Below are positions 30,787 through 40,767 of a stretch of DNA of 64,000 nt, piece by piece. The stretch comes from an uncultured delta proteobacterium (lineage in GTDB: Bacteria; Desulfobacterota; Binatia; UBA9968), in assembly GCA_963745835.1 (NCBI GenBank), contig CAVUZH010000014.1, forward strand, positions 32,001 to 96,000. Direction: 5' to 3'. Positions within the stretch are counted from its first letter, which is position 1. Every line of letters starts with the position of its first letter. The notes beneath the pieces are model-generated. The model was not told the DNA's origin and did no database searches. It was given only the letters and a program-made list of their open reading frames with translations. A program made the translations under genes and the position numbers.

Positions 30787-30951
30787 CTACTGCCCCATCG
30801 GTGACTTGGGCCCGGACCGTTCCGATTCCTGCGTCGCCTTACCGATTTTTTCGGAGCATGTTTGACAGTAGCCGTCGGCGGTGTCAGCGATATTATGGCA
30901 TTGATTGTCAGGGTGACCGTGCCCCCGCGCTGTGCATTTGCAATTTTCCAT
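30787..30951 (-). CDS. 54-aa Cys/His-rich hypothetical protein
   Basis: MENCKCTARGHGHPDNQC...YCQTC; GGAG SD upstream of ATG 30951. Confidence 0.55.
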   Translation of the reverse strand: MENCKCTARGHGHPDNQCHNIADTADGYCQTCSEKIGKATQESERSGPKSPMGQ

Positions 30952-31028
30952 TAGTTTATTCTCCGAGACTTTGTACCCGAAAATGCTCAACGCTCGAGCA
31001 ACGACCCGACGATGAGGCGTAGCACTGC

Positions 31029-31268
31029 TTATCGTTGCCGAGCCCTGAGGAGTAACTTGATCGCGGCTAACGCAGAGTTGAGAATTTGACGACGAACGAT
31101 TTCATCACCGCTGTCCAAGCCTTGACGAAATTCCATGAAAGGCCACTTTACCGGAACACGCGCCGCGAGAAAACTAAGAGCGGCAAAGACTTCAGACGCG
31201 GCCAGATCCGTATTCAGGCAAGTTTCAAGGGTATTCGCCAAGATGGCTAATGCAGTTAGTTCGTCCAT
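31029..31268 (-). CDS. Hypothetical protein (79 aa)
   Basis: Strong SD AGGAGG before the ATG; helical composition; no motif recognised. Confidence 0.65.
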   Translation of the reverse strand: MDELTALAILANTLETCLNTDLAASEVFAALSFLAARVPVKWPFMEFRQGLDSGDEIVRRQILNSALAAIKLLLRARQR

Positions 31269-31380
31269 GGTATACCTCCTGACTCATTCGCTGCGGGCTT
31301 GATCATATGCGCTTTATCGCTTGCATGAAACAGAACACACAAGACCGCCAGATCCAAGCAGACACAACGGGATGAACTGT

Positions 31381-31800
31381 TCACCCCGCATCGATGCGCG
31401 TAATTTTCAAGATCTGAGCCTGTGCAGGGTACTGGTATACATCGGAAAGAAACTCGTTGATCCTGAGATGTCCGTCGATATCGGCTTTGTTGATTCGGTG
31501 AACAACATTCCAATCCGCGCTGGCGCGATCATTCACGAAGCAAATCCACTCCACTTCGAGATTGGGTACATTTACCAGATCCGCCAAGATCTTGTCCCGG
31601 AATCTGGGAATAGAATATTTCCACTCGTCTATAATGCAGTCGACTCCGCCGCTGAGATTCTTTACAAGCGCAGGGAAGTTCTTGTTCTGGTCCCGCAGAA
31701 AATCACTGAAGAGCTCCGCTCCTGTCTGTGTAGCGAGCCGTTCAGCAATAAAGGTCTTACCGGACCCACACAAACCGAGCAAAAACGTAAGTTTCGCCAT
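31381..31800 (-). CDS. Small P-loop NTPase / kinase-like protein
   Basis: Walker A GLCGSGKT right at the N-terminus, Walker B-like CIIDE; GGAG SD before ATG 31800. Confidence 0.7.
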   Translation of the reverse strand: MAKLTFLLGLCGSGKTFIAERLATQTGAELFSDFLRDQNKNFPALVKNLSGGVDCIIDEWKYSIPRFRDKILADLVNVPNLEVEWICFVNDRASADWNVVHRINKADIDGHLRINEFLSDVYQYPAQAQILKITRIDAG

Positions 31801-32534
31801 ACGTCTTCTCCGCATGCATAGCATTCTTGCCCTTAGAGATCATTGAAATACAATTTCGCTCTGACATAAAGATGCGCATTTCATTAACACTTTCAACTTT
31901 TAACTTTCGCCGGAGCCTCTTGGACTAAATCACTCCGGTTTCGCCCCCCCGGGACGGCGCGATGGCGAGCCCGTTCCTTGTGGCTCCAAGTTGCCGGATC
32001 TCAAGTTTTCTGAGTTTTACTGCTGTTCGATAGCGGTTGTCTACAGGGTTCTTTGCCCGGCAATTTTGTTGGGATTTTACCGGTGTCGTACTGATTCGTC
32101 GCCCGAGGAACCCAAAAGTAGACGCCGCAGCGCTTCCTCAACATCAAACGACCGCCAAAGTACACCGGATTTTACTGTGGCATTTTCCTTGCGCTTAGAG
32201 CTTGTGGGGTAACTCCGATGTCACGGTGGGCAATCAGCTCGGAATCGATCCATGGCACAATCAGATTCGCTATGCTGGGTGGAACTGCTGTTGACTTCGG
32301 TACGGCACACGTAATCCACCGCTCCGTCATTCATCCGGCTCACCGCTCATCGGAGTTACCAAGCCAAATCGGCGCGGAGCGTATGAGCATGCTTTCAACC
32401 TCAAAACTATTGTTCGGATCACCAACCAATCCGCCATTATCCGTAGACGGACGTCGCCGTGCAGAACCAAACTTGGCCGAATGTTCTCTAGAGAATAGTC
32501 AGAGTATGCGGCTTTATCTCTGAAGGAGGTCTAG

Positions 32535-33110
32535 ATGAGACATTTGAAATTACTCTATGCCGGTCTGCTCACAGCTCTTCTCGCCGCTCCCGTTCTGGTT
32601 TCTGCACAGCCGTACGAAAAAGGTGGACCCGACAGGCGTGAGGCCAACCTTCTCGGCAAATGGTACTCAAACGGCGAGCGCGATAAGCCTGTGGAGATCC
32701 GCACCTCGCGCCGGGGCCTTCAAGCTAGAAACGAACATGGCGCAACCAGTCGTTTGGAAACGCGCGGCAACAATGTCCGGGCTTTGGACTGGGAGGGCGG
32801 ACTGCGCGGGCATATCAGACGGGATACCATCGAATGGGCTAATGGGTCGACGTGGACGCGCGATCCGTCTCATCGCCGCGATCTAACCGGGACCTGGTAT
32901 TTCAATGGCGCGCGCGACAAACGGGTTGAAATTGTGTCGTCCCGCGACGGTCTTCAAGCGAGAAACGAACGCGGTCAAACGAGCCGAATTCAAACAGTCC
33001 GTGATGGCGATATTCGCGCTCTCGATTGGGAAGGTGGATTGAGAGGCGATGTCAAGCGCGACCGGATCGAATGGCAGAATGGCACAACTTGGACTCGGTC
33101 ACCGCATTAG
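32535..33110 (+). CDS. Secreted protein made of two ~76-aa tandem repeats
   Basis: SD AAGGAGG, signal peptide, two copies of GxWYxNGxRDK...GLQARNE...RALDWEGGLRG...IEWxNGxTWTR. Confidence 0.8.
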   Translation: MRHLKLLYAGLLTALLAAPVLVSAQPYEKGGPDRREANLLGKWYSNGERDKPVEIRTSRRGLQARNEHGATSRLETRGNNVRALDWEGGLRGHIRRDTIEWANGSTWTRDPSHRRDLTGTWYFNGARDKRVEIVSSRDGLQARNERGQTSRIQTVRDGDIRALDWEGGLRGDVKRDRIEWQNGTTWTRSPH

Positions 33111-33242
33111 TAGTCAAATTGCTACTCGGGAAAACATCAGGACGGCGACGTGGAAAAAAAATCTACATCAACCTTGCAGCCTCCCGCCATCTCAGCCAGT
33201 TGATCTGAATCCTTTGCCTGCAATACATTGGATTGGCATTTG

Positions 33243-36200
33243 TTACACTCGCATTAGCAACGCCGCAACTGGCGCACCATTGGCCGCGTTGATCGCGGCT
33301 GCGTACATCCCCGCTTGCCGCCGATAGGCGGGTTCATCCCCACGAAACTCTTCGTCAGTCTTATAATCGATCACTGTCCAGCCGCCGGCATGCTCAAAGG
33401 CAAGATCGATTACACCTTCAATGAGCAAGCCGTCAGGATCGCGCCAGGCGATCGGCACTTCACGGCGACAACGGCCTTGTTGAGCAGCTTGGCGCGCATC
33501 CTCGAAGACTCGATGCGCCAGCGCAACCCGCACACTCTCACTGGCAGCATCGACTTCGTCCTGCGGGGCACCGAGAATGCGGCCGTGAATGGTTGCGAGA
33601 CGTTGAATGATGTTCACATCAGCATCCAGCGGGACGCTCGCAAGAACGGCGTGTACCAGGGTGCCGAAACGTCGTCCCGACGGCCGGTTGGCTGGGCGCG
33701 GCAGCTCGATAATTTCTACATGCGGCAGCTTCAAGTCGGGCGCTGATTCGTCGCCGCTCTTCGCCGCCTGGGTGACAGTCCTCGGTGCCACCGAGGTATA
33801 ACTGCCGGCGGCAATGGCTTGCTGGCGCCGCTCGCGCCAAGAAGTGTAAGCGGCAAGGCCTGAGTCGACGATCGCCGGCGCGACGTCTTTTACGATCAGC
33901 TCCGGCCGGCGAAGACCGAGCGGCGCCTCAGCGCCAAGCTTCAGCGCGCGTGGATCCCACCAGACCACCGAAAACTCGCTTATCTGTGAAGGGCCTCCTC
34001 CCCTACAAACGTGCAGGCCAGGACACACCGTGCTCGCGCTAGCCGCGCTGCCGCCGGGCCGGACCCATACGGAATCTTTGGATTGGAACTCCACACATCC
34101 GGGCGCTTGAACCTGCTGACGCCGCGCCTCCTTCCCAGGATAGACCGCTGTATTGAGCGGCTGGATCCAGCCTTCTCTCTCCTCATCGCCAACCGCCGGA
34201 ATCACCAGAAGATCCCGCGCGCGAGTTGCCGCTACGTACGCCACGCGGATACCCTCCGCTTCATCGCACAGCAATTCATCGTCTTCGTGATCGAGCAAAT
34301 CGGCCGGCGCGCACCCGCCGAGTCGGATCGCGCACACGTTGCGCTCGGAATCGAGATAGCGGCTAGCGGCGGACGCGCGCAGCTTCGCAGTCATGTCGGC
34401 GAGGATCACGACCGGGAATTCCAGCCCTTTGGCTTTATGCACCGTCATCAATCGCACGCCGTCGCTGCCCTCCTCAAGGATCGGAGCTTCCCCGGCTTGG
34501 CCGCTTTCGGCCTGCTCGCGTAGCGCCTCGATGAAGCCGCGAAACGAGATGCCCCCTTCGGCCTCATAGCGGCGTGCCAAGTCGATGACGTGCGCAACAT
34601 TCGCAAGCACCTGTTCACCGCCGTGCTCCAGCGCAAAGCCGACGTGCGCCCGCGTGGCCTCGAGCAGCGAGGCAATCGTTGTCGCCACTGACACCCGATT
34701 GCGACGGCGATGGAGCGTTTGCAATAATTTGAGACCCTCGACGATAACGGCAAGATTTGCCGGAAACTCAGTCGGGATGCGAAATGGATGGAAACGGCCG
34801 ATGCGATGGCGGTATTCCAGCAATTCCTCGTCGCTGATCGCAAACAGCGAACCGCGCAAAGTTGCAAATACCGATAACTCATCTTCAGGCCACTCGATGG
34901 CAGCCAGCGCGGCGCGCAAGGTCTCGATCTCCGCGCGATTGTGAAATGACCGGCCGCCGACCAGCAGATGGGCAATCCCGCGCGCTTCGAGAGCTTCCAC
35001 GTAAGGGCGCGTCATGTCCTCGCCAAAGCTGGTGAAGCGGCGAAACAGCAGGCAGATATGGCGCGGCTGGATCGGCACGAGATGCTCGATCTCGCCGGGC
35101 CGAAAACCCCGCGCCGCAGTTGGCGCCAGAGACGATTTCGCGGTGGCCGGCCGTTCGGCAACTTTCCAGCCGCTGTCGTTAATCAGCCAATCGATAAAAC
35201 CGCCAACCGCATCCGGAAGCGACTTTTCAATTGCCGCATTGGAAAGTCTCCGATAGCCGTACGGCTCAGGCACGGGAAGCACGACCATGGACGGCTGTTC
35301 TTGGGATTCCGGACGAAACGGCTCGAGCGGCACATAAGCCGGCTGCAGCACGTCGCCGTCGCCGGTCATCACCGGCTCGAAGGCGGCGTTGATGGCGCGC
35401 TGCATATTCGGACGCGCGCGAAAACTGGTCCGCAACGTCACCCTTCTGGCGCCCGCCGCCTGAAGCATCTCGTAAACGCTGCGATAAATCCCGACATCGG
35501 CGCGGCGGAAGCGATAGATCGACTGCTTCGGGTCACCGACTAGAAAGAGCTTGCCGACAACCGGGCGAGTTACACGCCAGTTGGTCGCAGCCGGATCATC
35601 GGCAGCCAGAAGCAAAAGGATCTCAGCCTGCAGCGGATCGGTATCCTGGAACTCATCCACAAAGATGCGCTTGAAGCGCAGTTGAAAGGTGGAACGCACC
35701 TCCGCGTTATCCCGGATGAGATCTCGCGCCTTGAGCAGGAGATCGAGAAAGTCCAGGGCGCCGGCCTTGGCTTTTGCGGCTTCATAGGCACTAACGCAGC
35801 CACGCAGTTCGTCGCGCAGTGCGGCGGCAAGATCGGCATCGGCATCCTCTTTGAACTCGGTCAGAGCCTGATACAGGTTTTCAAGCCCGCGGCAAACATT
35901 CTCGCGCAGGACTCCGATGCGGTAGTTTTTACCGCTCCCTTTTCGCGCATCCTTAAAGTTACGATTGCGGCTAAGCTCGATAAGGCCGGCTTCGAGCCGG
36001 TCGTAATCCCGCGGCGCCACTGATTCGGTTCGCCGGATCTCTTCTGCGAGTTTCCTCGCCGCCCAAGTGTCGGCGTACAGTGCGTCTCGGGCATCGCCGG
36101 GGGGTTCGAGCAATTCGGTGAACCCATCTAAGAGCTGAACCAGTTCGTCGATGCGCGATAAGCGGTCCAACGTTGGTCGCTGCCAGTCGCCCTCGAAATC

Positions 36201-36791
36201 ACGCCATTGGATCAGCTCCCAGCCTGCCCGCCGCAGCCTATCGATGGGACCGTCACCACCGTCGGTCTGAATCCCGAAACCGGCGAACACCGCGCGCCGT
36301 AGCGAGCGCTTGACACCTTCCGATGGATTAGCGAGCTGAGTCTCGATCCACCGGTAAAATCCTTCATCATACATGCTCGCCGCCTGCGTCTCGGTGAGTA
36401 CTCTAAATAACGGATCGATCCGCGCTTCGATCGGACGCTCTCTCAAAAGATCCGCGCAGAATCCGTGAATGGTGCTGATTTGCGCTTCCTCGAGCCTCCC
36501 GACCGCCGCGTCGAGCCGGCGGCGCTCTGCGGAACCGTTGGCGGATCCTCGTCTTGCCTCTTCGAGAGCTTCGCGCAGGCGCAGCTTGAGCTCGCCGGCG
36601 GCCTTTTCCGTGAAAGTAACGGCGACGATCCCGGTCACTTCGGCGCGGCCCGTTTCGATGACGCGCACAATGCGCCGCACCAGCTCGGTGGTTTTGCCGG
36701 TGCCGGCGGCGGCCTCGACGATCAAGGTATCGTCCAGCGCTGTAGCAATCTGATCGCGATCGGCTTGATCAGCGAGACCCGGCAGCGTCAT
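33243..36791 (-). CDS. addA: UvrD-type helicase with C-terminal PD-(D/E)xK nuclease (AddA-like)
   Basis: AAAGTGKT, VTFTEKAAGELK, VDEFQDT, VGDPKQSIYRFR, TVHKAKGLEF, YVAATRAR, GVIDL...IDYKT. ATG at 36791 overlaps the addB stop (ATGA). Confidence 0.88.
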   Translation of the reverse strand: MTLPGLADQADRDQIATALDDTLIVEAAAGTGKTTELVRRIVRVIETGRAEVTGIVAVTFTEKAAGELKLRLREALEEARRGSANGSAERRRLDAAVGRLEEAQISTIHGFCADLLRERPIEARIDPLFRVLTETQAASMYDEGFYRWIETQLANPSEGVKRSLRRAVFAGFGIQTDGGDGPIDRLRRAGWELIQWRDFEGDWQRPTLDRLSRIDELVQLLDGFTELLEPPGDARDALYADTWAARKLAEEIRRTESVAPRDYDRLEAGLIELSRNRNFKDARKGSGKNYRIGVLRENVCRGLENLYQALTEFKEDADADLAAALRDELRGCVSAYEAAKAKAGALDFLDLLLKARDLIRDNAEVRSTFQLRFKRIFVDEFQDTDPLQAEILLLLAADDPAATNWRVTRPVVGKLFLVGDPKQSIYRFRRADVGIYRSVYEMLQAAGARRVTLRTSFRARPNMQRAINAAFEPVMTGDGDVLQPAYVPLEPFRPESQEQPSMVVLPVPEPYGYRRLSNAAIEKSLPDAVGGFIDWLINDSGWKVAERPATAKSSLAPTAARGFRPGEIEHLVPIQPRHICLLFRRFTSFGEDMTRPYVEALEARGIAHLLVGGRSFHNRAEIETLRAALAAIEWPEDELSVFATLRGSLFAISDEELLEYRHRIGRFHPFRIPTEFPANLAVIVEGLKLLQTLHRRRNRVSVATTIASLLEATRAHVGFALEHGGEQVLANVAHVIDLARRYEAEGGISFRGFIEALREQAESGQAGEAPILEEGSDGVRLMTVHKAKGLEFPVVILADMTAKLRASAASRYLDSERNVCAIRLGGCAPADLLDHEDDELLCDEAEGIRVAYVAATRARDLLVIPAVGDEEREGWIQPLNTAVYPGKEARRQQVQAPGCVEFQSKDSVWVRPGGSAASASTVCPGLHVCRGGGPSQISEFSVVWWDPRALKLGAEAPLGLRRPELIVKDVAPAIVDSGLAAYTSWRERRQQAIAAGSYTSVAPRTVTQAAKSGDESAPDLKLPHVEIIELPRPANRPSGRRFGTLVHAVLASVPLDADVNIIQRLATIHGRILGAPQDEVDAASESVRVALAHRVFEDARQAAQQGRCRREVPIAWRDPDGLLIEGVIDLAFEHAGGWTVIDYKTDEEFRGDEPAYRRQAGMYAAAINAANGAPVAALLMRV

Positions 36792-39700
36792 TGTCGCCCC
36801 CTCAGCTCGATCAGATCGGCGATCTCCTTGCGCGATTTCCTCCGCGAGCGGCGCTCCTGGTTCGGACCGCATACGGATAGGAAGTCGCAATAGGCGCATG
36901 CCTTCTCGGCCGGCGCCGGCGGCAACATGCCAAGCTCGACGGCTCGGTCGATGATCTCCAGCGCTTCAATGCCGATCCTTCGAGTCCGCTCATTGATGGC
37001 GACACTATGTTCAGTAAATCCGCCCGCAGTCGTGCAGTATGAGAAGCGCGCGCTTTCCACGGTGAAACCGGTTGCGGCCTCAACTGCGAGGCTATAGATC
37101 ACCGGCTGAAGTTGCCGCCCTTGGCCGATGATCGCGCCGCGGTCGGAGCGGTTCTTCGATGTCTTGTGATCGGTTACTCTAAGAAGATTCGTCCCGGGCT
37201 TTCGCTCGATCAAATCAATTGCCCCGCGCAGGATAAATCGCCCGTCAATTATAACCGGCTCGCGCCGACTGTTTGGATCACGCTCGGGCGCATCAGGCAG
37301 GCCGAAGCCAAATTCGAATAGCCAGGGCTCCCAGCCGGTGTTGTGCGCGAGATCGCGAGCCCAGATATGCAGATCGGTGCGGATGCTTGCAATCTCGTCC
37401 TGCCATACGCGGTCCACCGCCGGCGCGAGCCGCTCTGCATAGTTTGCCGCAACCCGTGTGAGAGTCGCGTCCAGGACTTCGAGCACCGCATCCATCGAGG
37501 TCGTTGCCATTGCCATTTGCCGCTGCTGTAAGGCGCGAAAGAATTCAGCCAGCACCTCGTGAAACAAGCTCCCCTTCGTGAGCGGATCCATGCGCTCGAG
37601 CGGCTCTGGCTCCTCGACTGGTTTGAAGCGGTACATCGCCGATAACAGGAATCGATAAGGACAGTACGCGTAATTCTGCAGCGCCGAGACGGAGTACGGG
37701 CGCGCCGTCAACCGTTGCGACTGGAGAAACGGCTTGGTGGCGTCCGTGACCCGGACGAGACCATCATAGGAGGACCATGGCTGCCGTGCGCGCGCCCAAC
37801 GCTCGCTGGCCGAGCGCCGAACACAGTCGTTGAGGCGGAGCATGTAATGGGCATGACCTTTCATATCCTTTTCGCTGCGCATCAATAGGCGCAGCACCGA
37901 GAGATCATGCTCGAAATCGTCAATGGCGTCTTCCGGACGCTGCGGCGCCGGCCATCCGAGGCTCGCGTTGGCTTCTTCTGAAGCTTCAGATTCGAGCGTC
38001 TGATGGTCCGGGATGCGTCCGGTCACGGCGCGCATAACTTCGAGCGCGTAAAACGACGGCACCCGCGCGCGAGCATCGACCGTTTCGATGCGCGGGAACG
38101 AGACATACAAGCGTTCGGCCGCGGCGCCGGCGGCGAGACGCAGCAAGAGCCGTTCATGCTCGGCCCGATCCTCTTGCAGGGCTAGCGCGCCGCCGATTTC
38201 ATGTCGAAGGTCGTCCAGCAGCAGTGGATCTTCGTGAAGCTTTTGAGGAAAAAGCCGCTCGGCCAATCCCGGCACAAACGCCACCCGAAAGGCGCGGCCG
38301 CGCACCTGATCGGCGCTGCAAACGAATACCCGGCCGTAACGATGCGCGGGCGGTTCCAATTCCAGCGTTGCCAGCCGATCCGCCAGCACCGCGCGCACCT
38401 CGGCCAGGGTCACCGGACCCACTGCAGCCATCGGGCGTAGATCGGCTAACACGCGCAACACGAATTCGGCGCGCCGCAGCACCTGCGGCGCAAATTCTTC
38501 AAGGCGCTGAATCCAATCGCCCCACGCGGCCTGTTGCGGCCAGGCAGACATGGTTTCGATGAGCGGCAGGGCAAAGTTCCGCAGATGCGCAAGGTTCTGT
38601 CGCTCGCGTTCCAGGTGAGCAATACGTGGTGAGTCTGGTTGCTCGGATGTCAGCTCGCGAATTTTCACTTCGTATTCCGCAGCCAGGCCGTTTAGCCGCC
38701 GCGCCCAGCGGTCACTGCCACCGATGACAGCCGATTCAACGAGAAGACTTTCCCACTTCCAAGGCGCTCTGAGCGTCCCGGCCATAACGGCGTGATCGTC
38801 ATTGGAGCTGCCGGCCGTCAGCGAGTCCTCATCGTCTTCGATGTCGCCATGGTCGGCTTGATCGAATGCAGCTTCGGAAAGGATTCCGAAGACGTCATCG
38901 CGAGAGGCCACCCACGTCGAATCACCGGATCGCACCGGAACCTTGCCGAAATCGTCCAGCGATGGCACTTGAGCCAACGAAAGATACTCGGCAAAGCGTT
39001 TGGCTGAGAAATTATCGGTTGCACAACTGAGAATCGCGAGTAAGGCCCGCCCTGCGGGGTCGGGACGTCGCGTGCCACGCTCGAAATACGCGGGAATCCC
39101 GGCCCGGGTGAGAGCATGCTCCAGTAGTCCGGTGTACTGCTGCGCCGGGCGAATGACGATTGCCATCTCATCGAAGCGTACACCGCAATCGGCTTCTTTC
39201 AGAATACGGCGCGCTATCTCCACACATTCGCGGCCTTCGCCGGGCGCGGAAAACCACACCAGTTCACCGGAACGGGCTCGTTCTGGCGGTGGATCTTTGG
39301 AAAAAAGATAACGCGCAAGTTGGGTCAGATCGCTCTCCCCGGCTTCCGCCATATTCTGGAGCCGGGCGCCGCGTTTCTCCAGTTGACTGACGGCAGACAC
39401 GTCCCCCATCGGGACGGTAATCATCACGCGTGGCGATTGCTGGATTAGAGCCCAGAGAAACCGAGCTTCGATTTCAGATTGGAACGGAACATCGAGCAGC
39501 AGCAGCGGCATCGGCGGCCAGCCAATCACAGGCGAGCCCACCGCCACGGTCGCGACCTCGAACAATGCGGCCCGGTCACTGGCCCCAGCCTCGTTCAGAA
39601 GGTCTTCGACTCGATCCAGCAAGGCGGCTAAATCAGTTCCGCTGCGTGGCAGCCGGACCAGATCACCGCCGTCTACAGAAGCAAGTCTTAAATCGAGCAG

Positions 39701-40096
39701 GGTACGCGCCAGCGCCTTGGGAAAACCCGGCGTGTGGGAGACGGGCGAGAAATATTCCAACGCGTCGTCGTTGCCGGCCTCGAACGCGGCCCGGGTCGCA
39801 ACCGCTACGTGCCCCAGAGGAGTCGTGGGAGCCCGCCCGCGAGAAGCAAGTTCTAGGGCAGCCAGCCGGGCCGCGAACTGGGTGAAAGAGAGTCGATGCA
39901 ATCCAAATGTGGCGCCTCTCTCGTTCGCAATCGCGCGCGCGAGATCGTCGACCGAACCGCGGGATGCGCCGAGGAGAAGCACCTCTGAGCCGGCTTCGAA
40001 CTGGTCCAGAAACCGGCGCGCCTCGCGCAAACGAACGGCTGCCGAACCTGACTGCACGGCGATAATACTATCTCGAACCGAGGCTGATTCTGGCAT
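36788..40096 (-). CDS. addB: AddB-like protein: inactive helicase plus PD-(D/E)xK nuclease with Fe-S staple
   Basis: SVSALQNYAYCPYRF, GSLFHEVL, GAIDLIE, DHKT, CAYCDFLSVC (1+3 Cys); translationally coupled to addA. Start may be 40096 or 40132. Confidence 0.85.
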   Translation of the reverse strand: MPESASVRDSIIAVQSGSAAVRLREARRFLDQFEAGSEVLLLGASRGSVDDLARAIANERGATFGLHRLSFTQFAARLAALELASRGRAPTTPLGHVAVATRAAFEAGNDDALEYFSPVSHTPGFPKALARTLLDLRLASVDGGDLVRLPRSGTDLAALLDRVEDLLNEAGASDRAALFEVATVAVGSPVIGWPPMPLLLLDVPFQSEIEARFLWALIQQSPRVMITVPMGDVSAVSQLEKRGARLQNMAEAGESDLTQLARYLFSKDPPPERARSGELVWFSAPGEGRECVEIARRILKEADCGVRFDEMAIVIRPAQQYTGLLEHALTRAGIPAYFERGTRRPDPAGRALLAILSCATDNFSAKRFAEYLSLAQVPSLDDFGKVPVRSGDSTWVASRDDVFGILSEAAFDQADHGDIEDDEDSLTAGSSNDDHAVMAGTLRAPWKWESLLVESAVIGGSDRWARRLNGLAAEYEVKIRELTSEQPDSPRIAHLERERQNLAHLRNFALPLIETMSAWPQQAAWGDWIQRLEEFAPQVLRRAEFVLRVLADLRPMAAVGPVTLAEVRAVLADRLATLELEPPAHRYGRVFVCSADQVRGRAFRVAFVPGLAERLFPQKLHEDPLLLDDLRHEIGGALALQEDRAEHERLLLRLAAGAAAERLYVSFPRIETVDARARVPSFYALEVMRAVTGRIPDHQTLESEASEEANASLGWPAPQRPEDAIDDFEHDLSVLRLLMRSEKDMKGHAHYMLRLNDCVRRSASERWARARQPWSSYDGLVRVTDATKPFLQSQRLTARPYSVSALQNYAYCPYRFLLSAMYRFKPVEEPEPLERMDPLTKGSLFHEVLAEFFRALQQRQMAMATTSMDAVLEVLDATLTRVAANYAERLAPAVDRVWQDEIASIRTDLHIWARDLAHNTGWEPWLFEFGFGLPDAPERDPNSRREPVIIDGRFILRGAIDLIERKPGTNLLRVTDHKTSKNRSDRGAIIGQGRQLQPVIYSLAVEAATGFTVESARFSYCTTAGGFTEHSVAINERTRRIGIEALEIIDRAVELGMLPPAPAEKACAYCDFLSVCGPNQERRSRRKSRKEIADLIELRGRQ

Positions 40097-40470
40097 TCCG
40101 TGGGTCTCCGAAGCTTGCCGCAAAAACACCATAACCTACCACAGTCGGTTCAATTGGTCACTTCGAAGTGAGCGGCCGCTGGCGGCTTTTGTCGTGCTAA
40201 CTGGAAAGAGAGAGTTCTAGCAATTGTTAAATGGATGCGCGCTTCGCTGGATCGATTGCTTTCTACGTGAACTGAGTGGACAGTGCCGTCAACTCAAAGC
40301 GGAGGCACGCCTATCTGAGATACATCCATGCATTGTATTAGCGTTGTTTTCCAAGCATTCGCATTGGTCGTCTCGGTTCCGAGTTCTGGTATTGAAATTG
40401 CGGTTGGTTAGCAAAGACAAAACTCCACGTTGAGAGAAATCGCTCCAGTTGCGTTCGGGACGAGGAGAAA

Positions 40471-40746
40471 GTGAAAACGAAATACCAAAAGCGCCGCACT
40501 ACGTTGCTATCTGGCGGCTGCTTTCTAGCTCTCCTGCTAAGCGTTTTCCCGGTTATTTCCGCCGAGGATCAGCCAGCCGATAAAGCGGCTGTTGAACCCA
40601 AAGATATGGTCATGAGCAATGAACAGCCGATGGCACCAGACACCACGCGTGAAACCATTGGTCTGGTCGGACCCTCAGCAGAGGAAATCCACGACTTTCT
40701 TTATCCAGCCCCGGAGAATCGCAAACTTATAACATCAGCCAACTAG
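40471..40746 (+). CDS. Small exported hypothetical protein
   Basis: SD GAGGAG before GTG; signal-peptide-like N-terminus. Confidence 0.55.
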   Translation: MKTKYQKRRTTLLSGGCFLALLLSVFPVISAEDQPADKAAVEPKDMVMSNEQPMAPDTTRETIGLVGPSAEEIHDFLYPAPENRKLITSAN

Positions 40747-40767
40747 GATGCGCACGCCGCCAATCTG

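Noticed and set aside
31900-32000. GC-rich structure bounded by GGAGCC/GGCTCC as a tRNA or riboswitch
   Set aside because: No T-loop, cloverleaf or riboswitch consensus that I could match.
30500-32500. Integron cassette array or prophage remnant
   Set aside because: No attC-like sites, integrase or phage genes visible.
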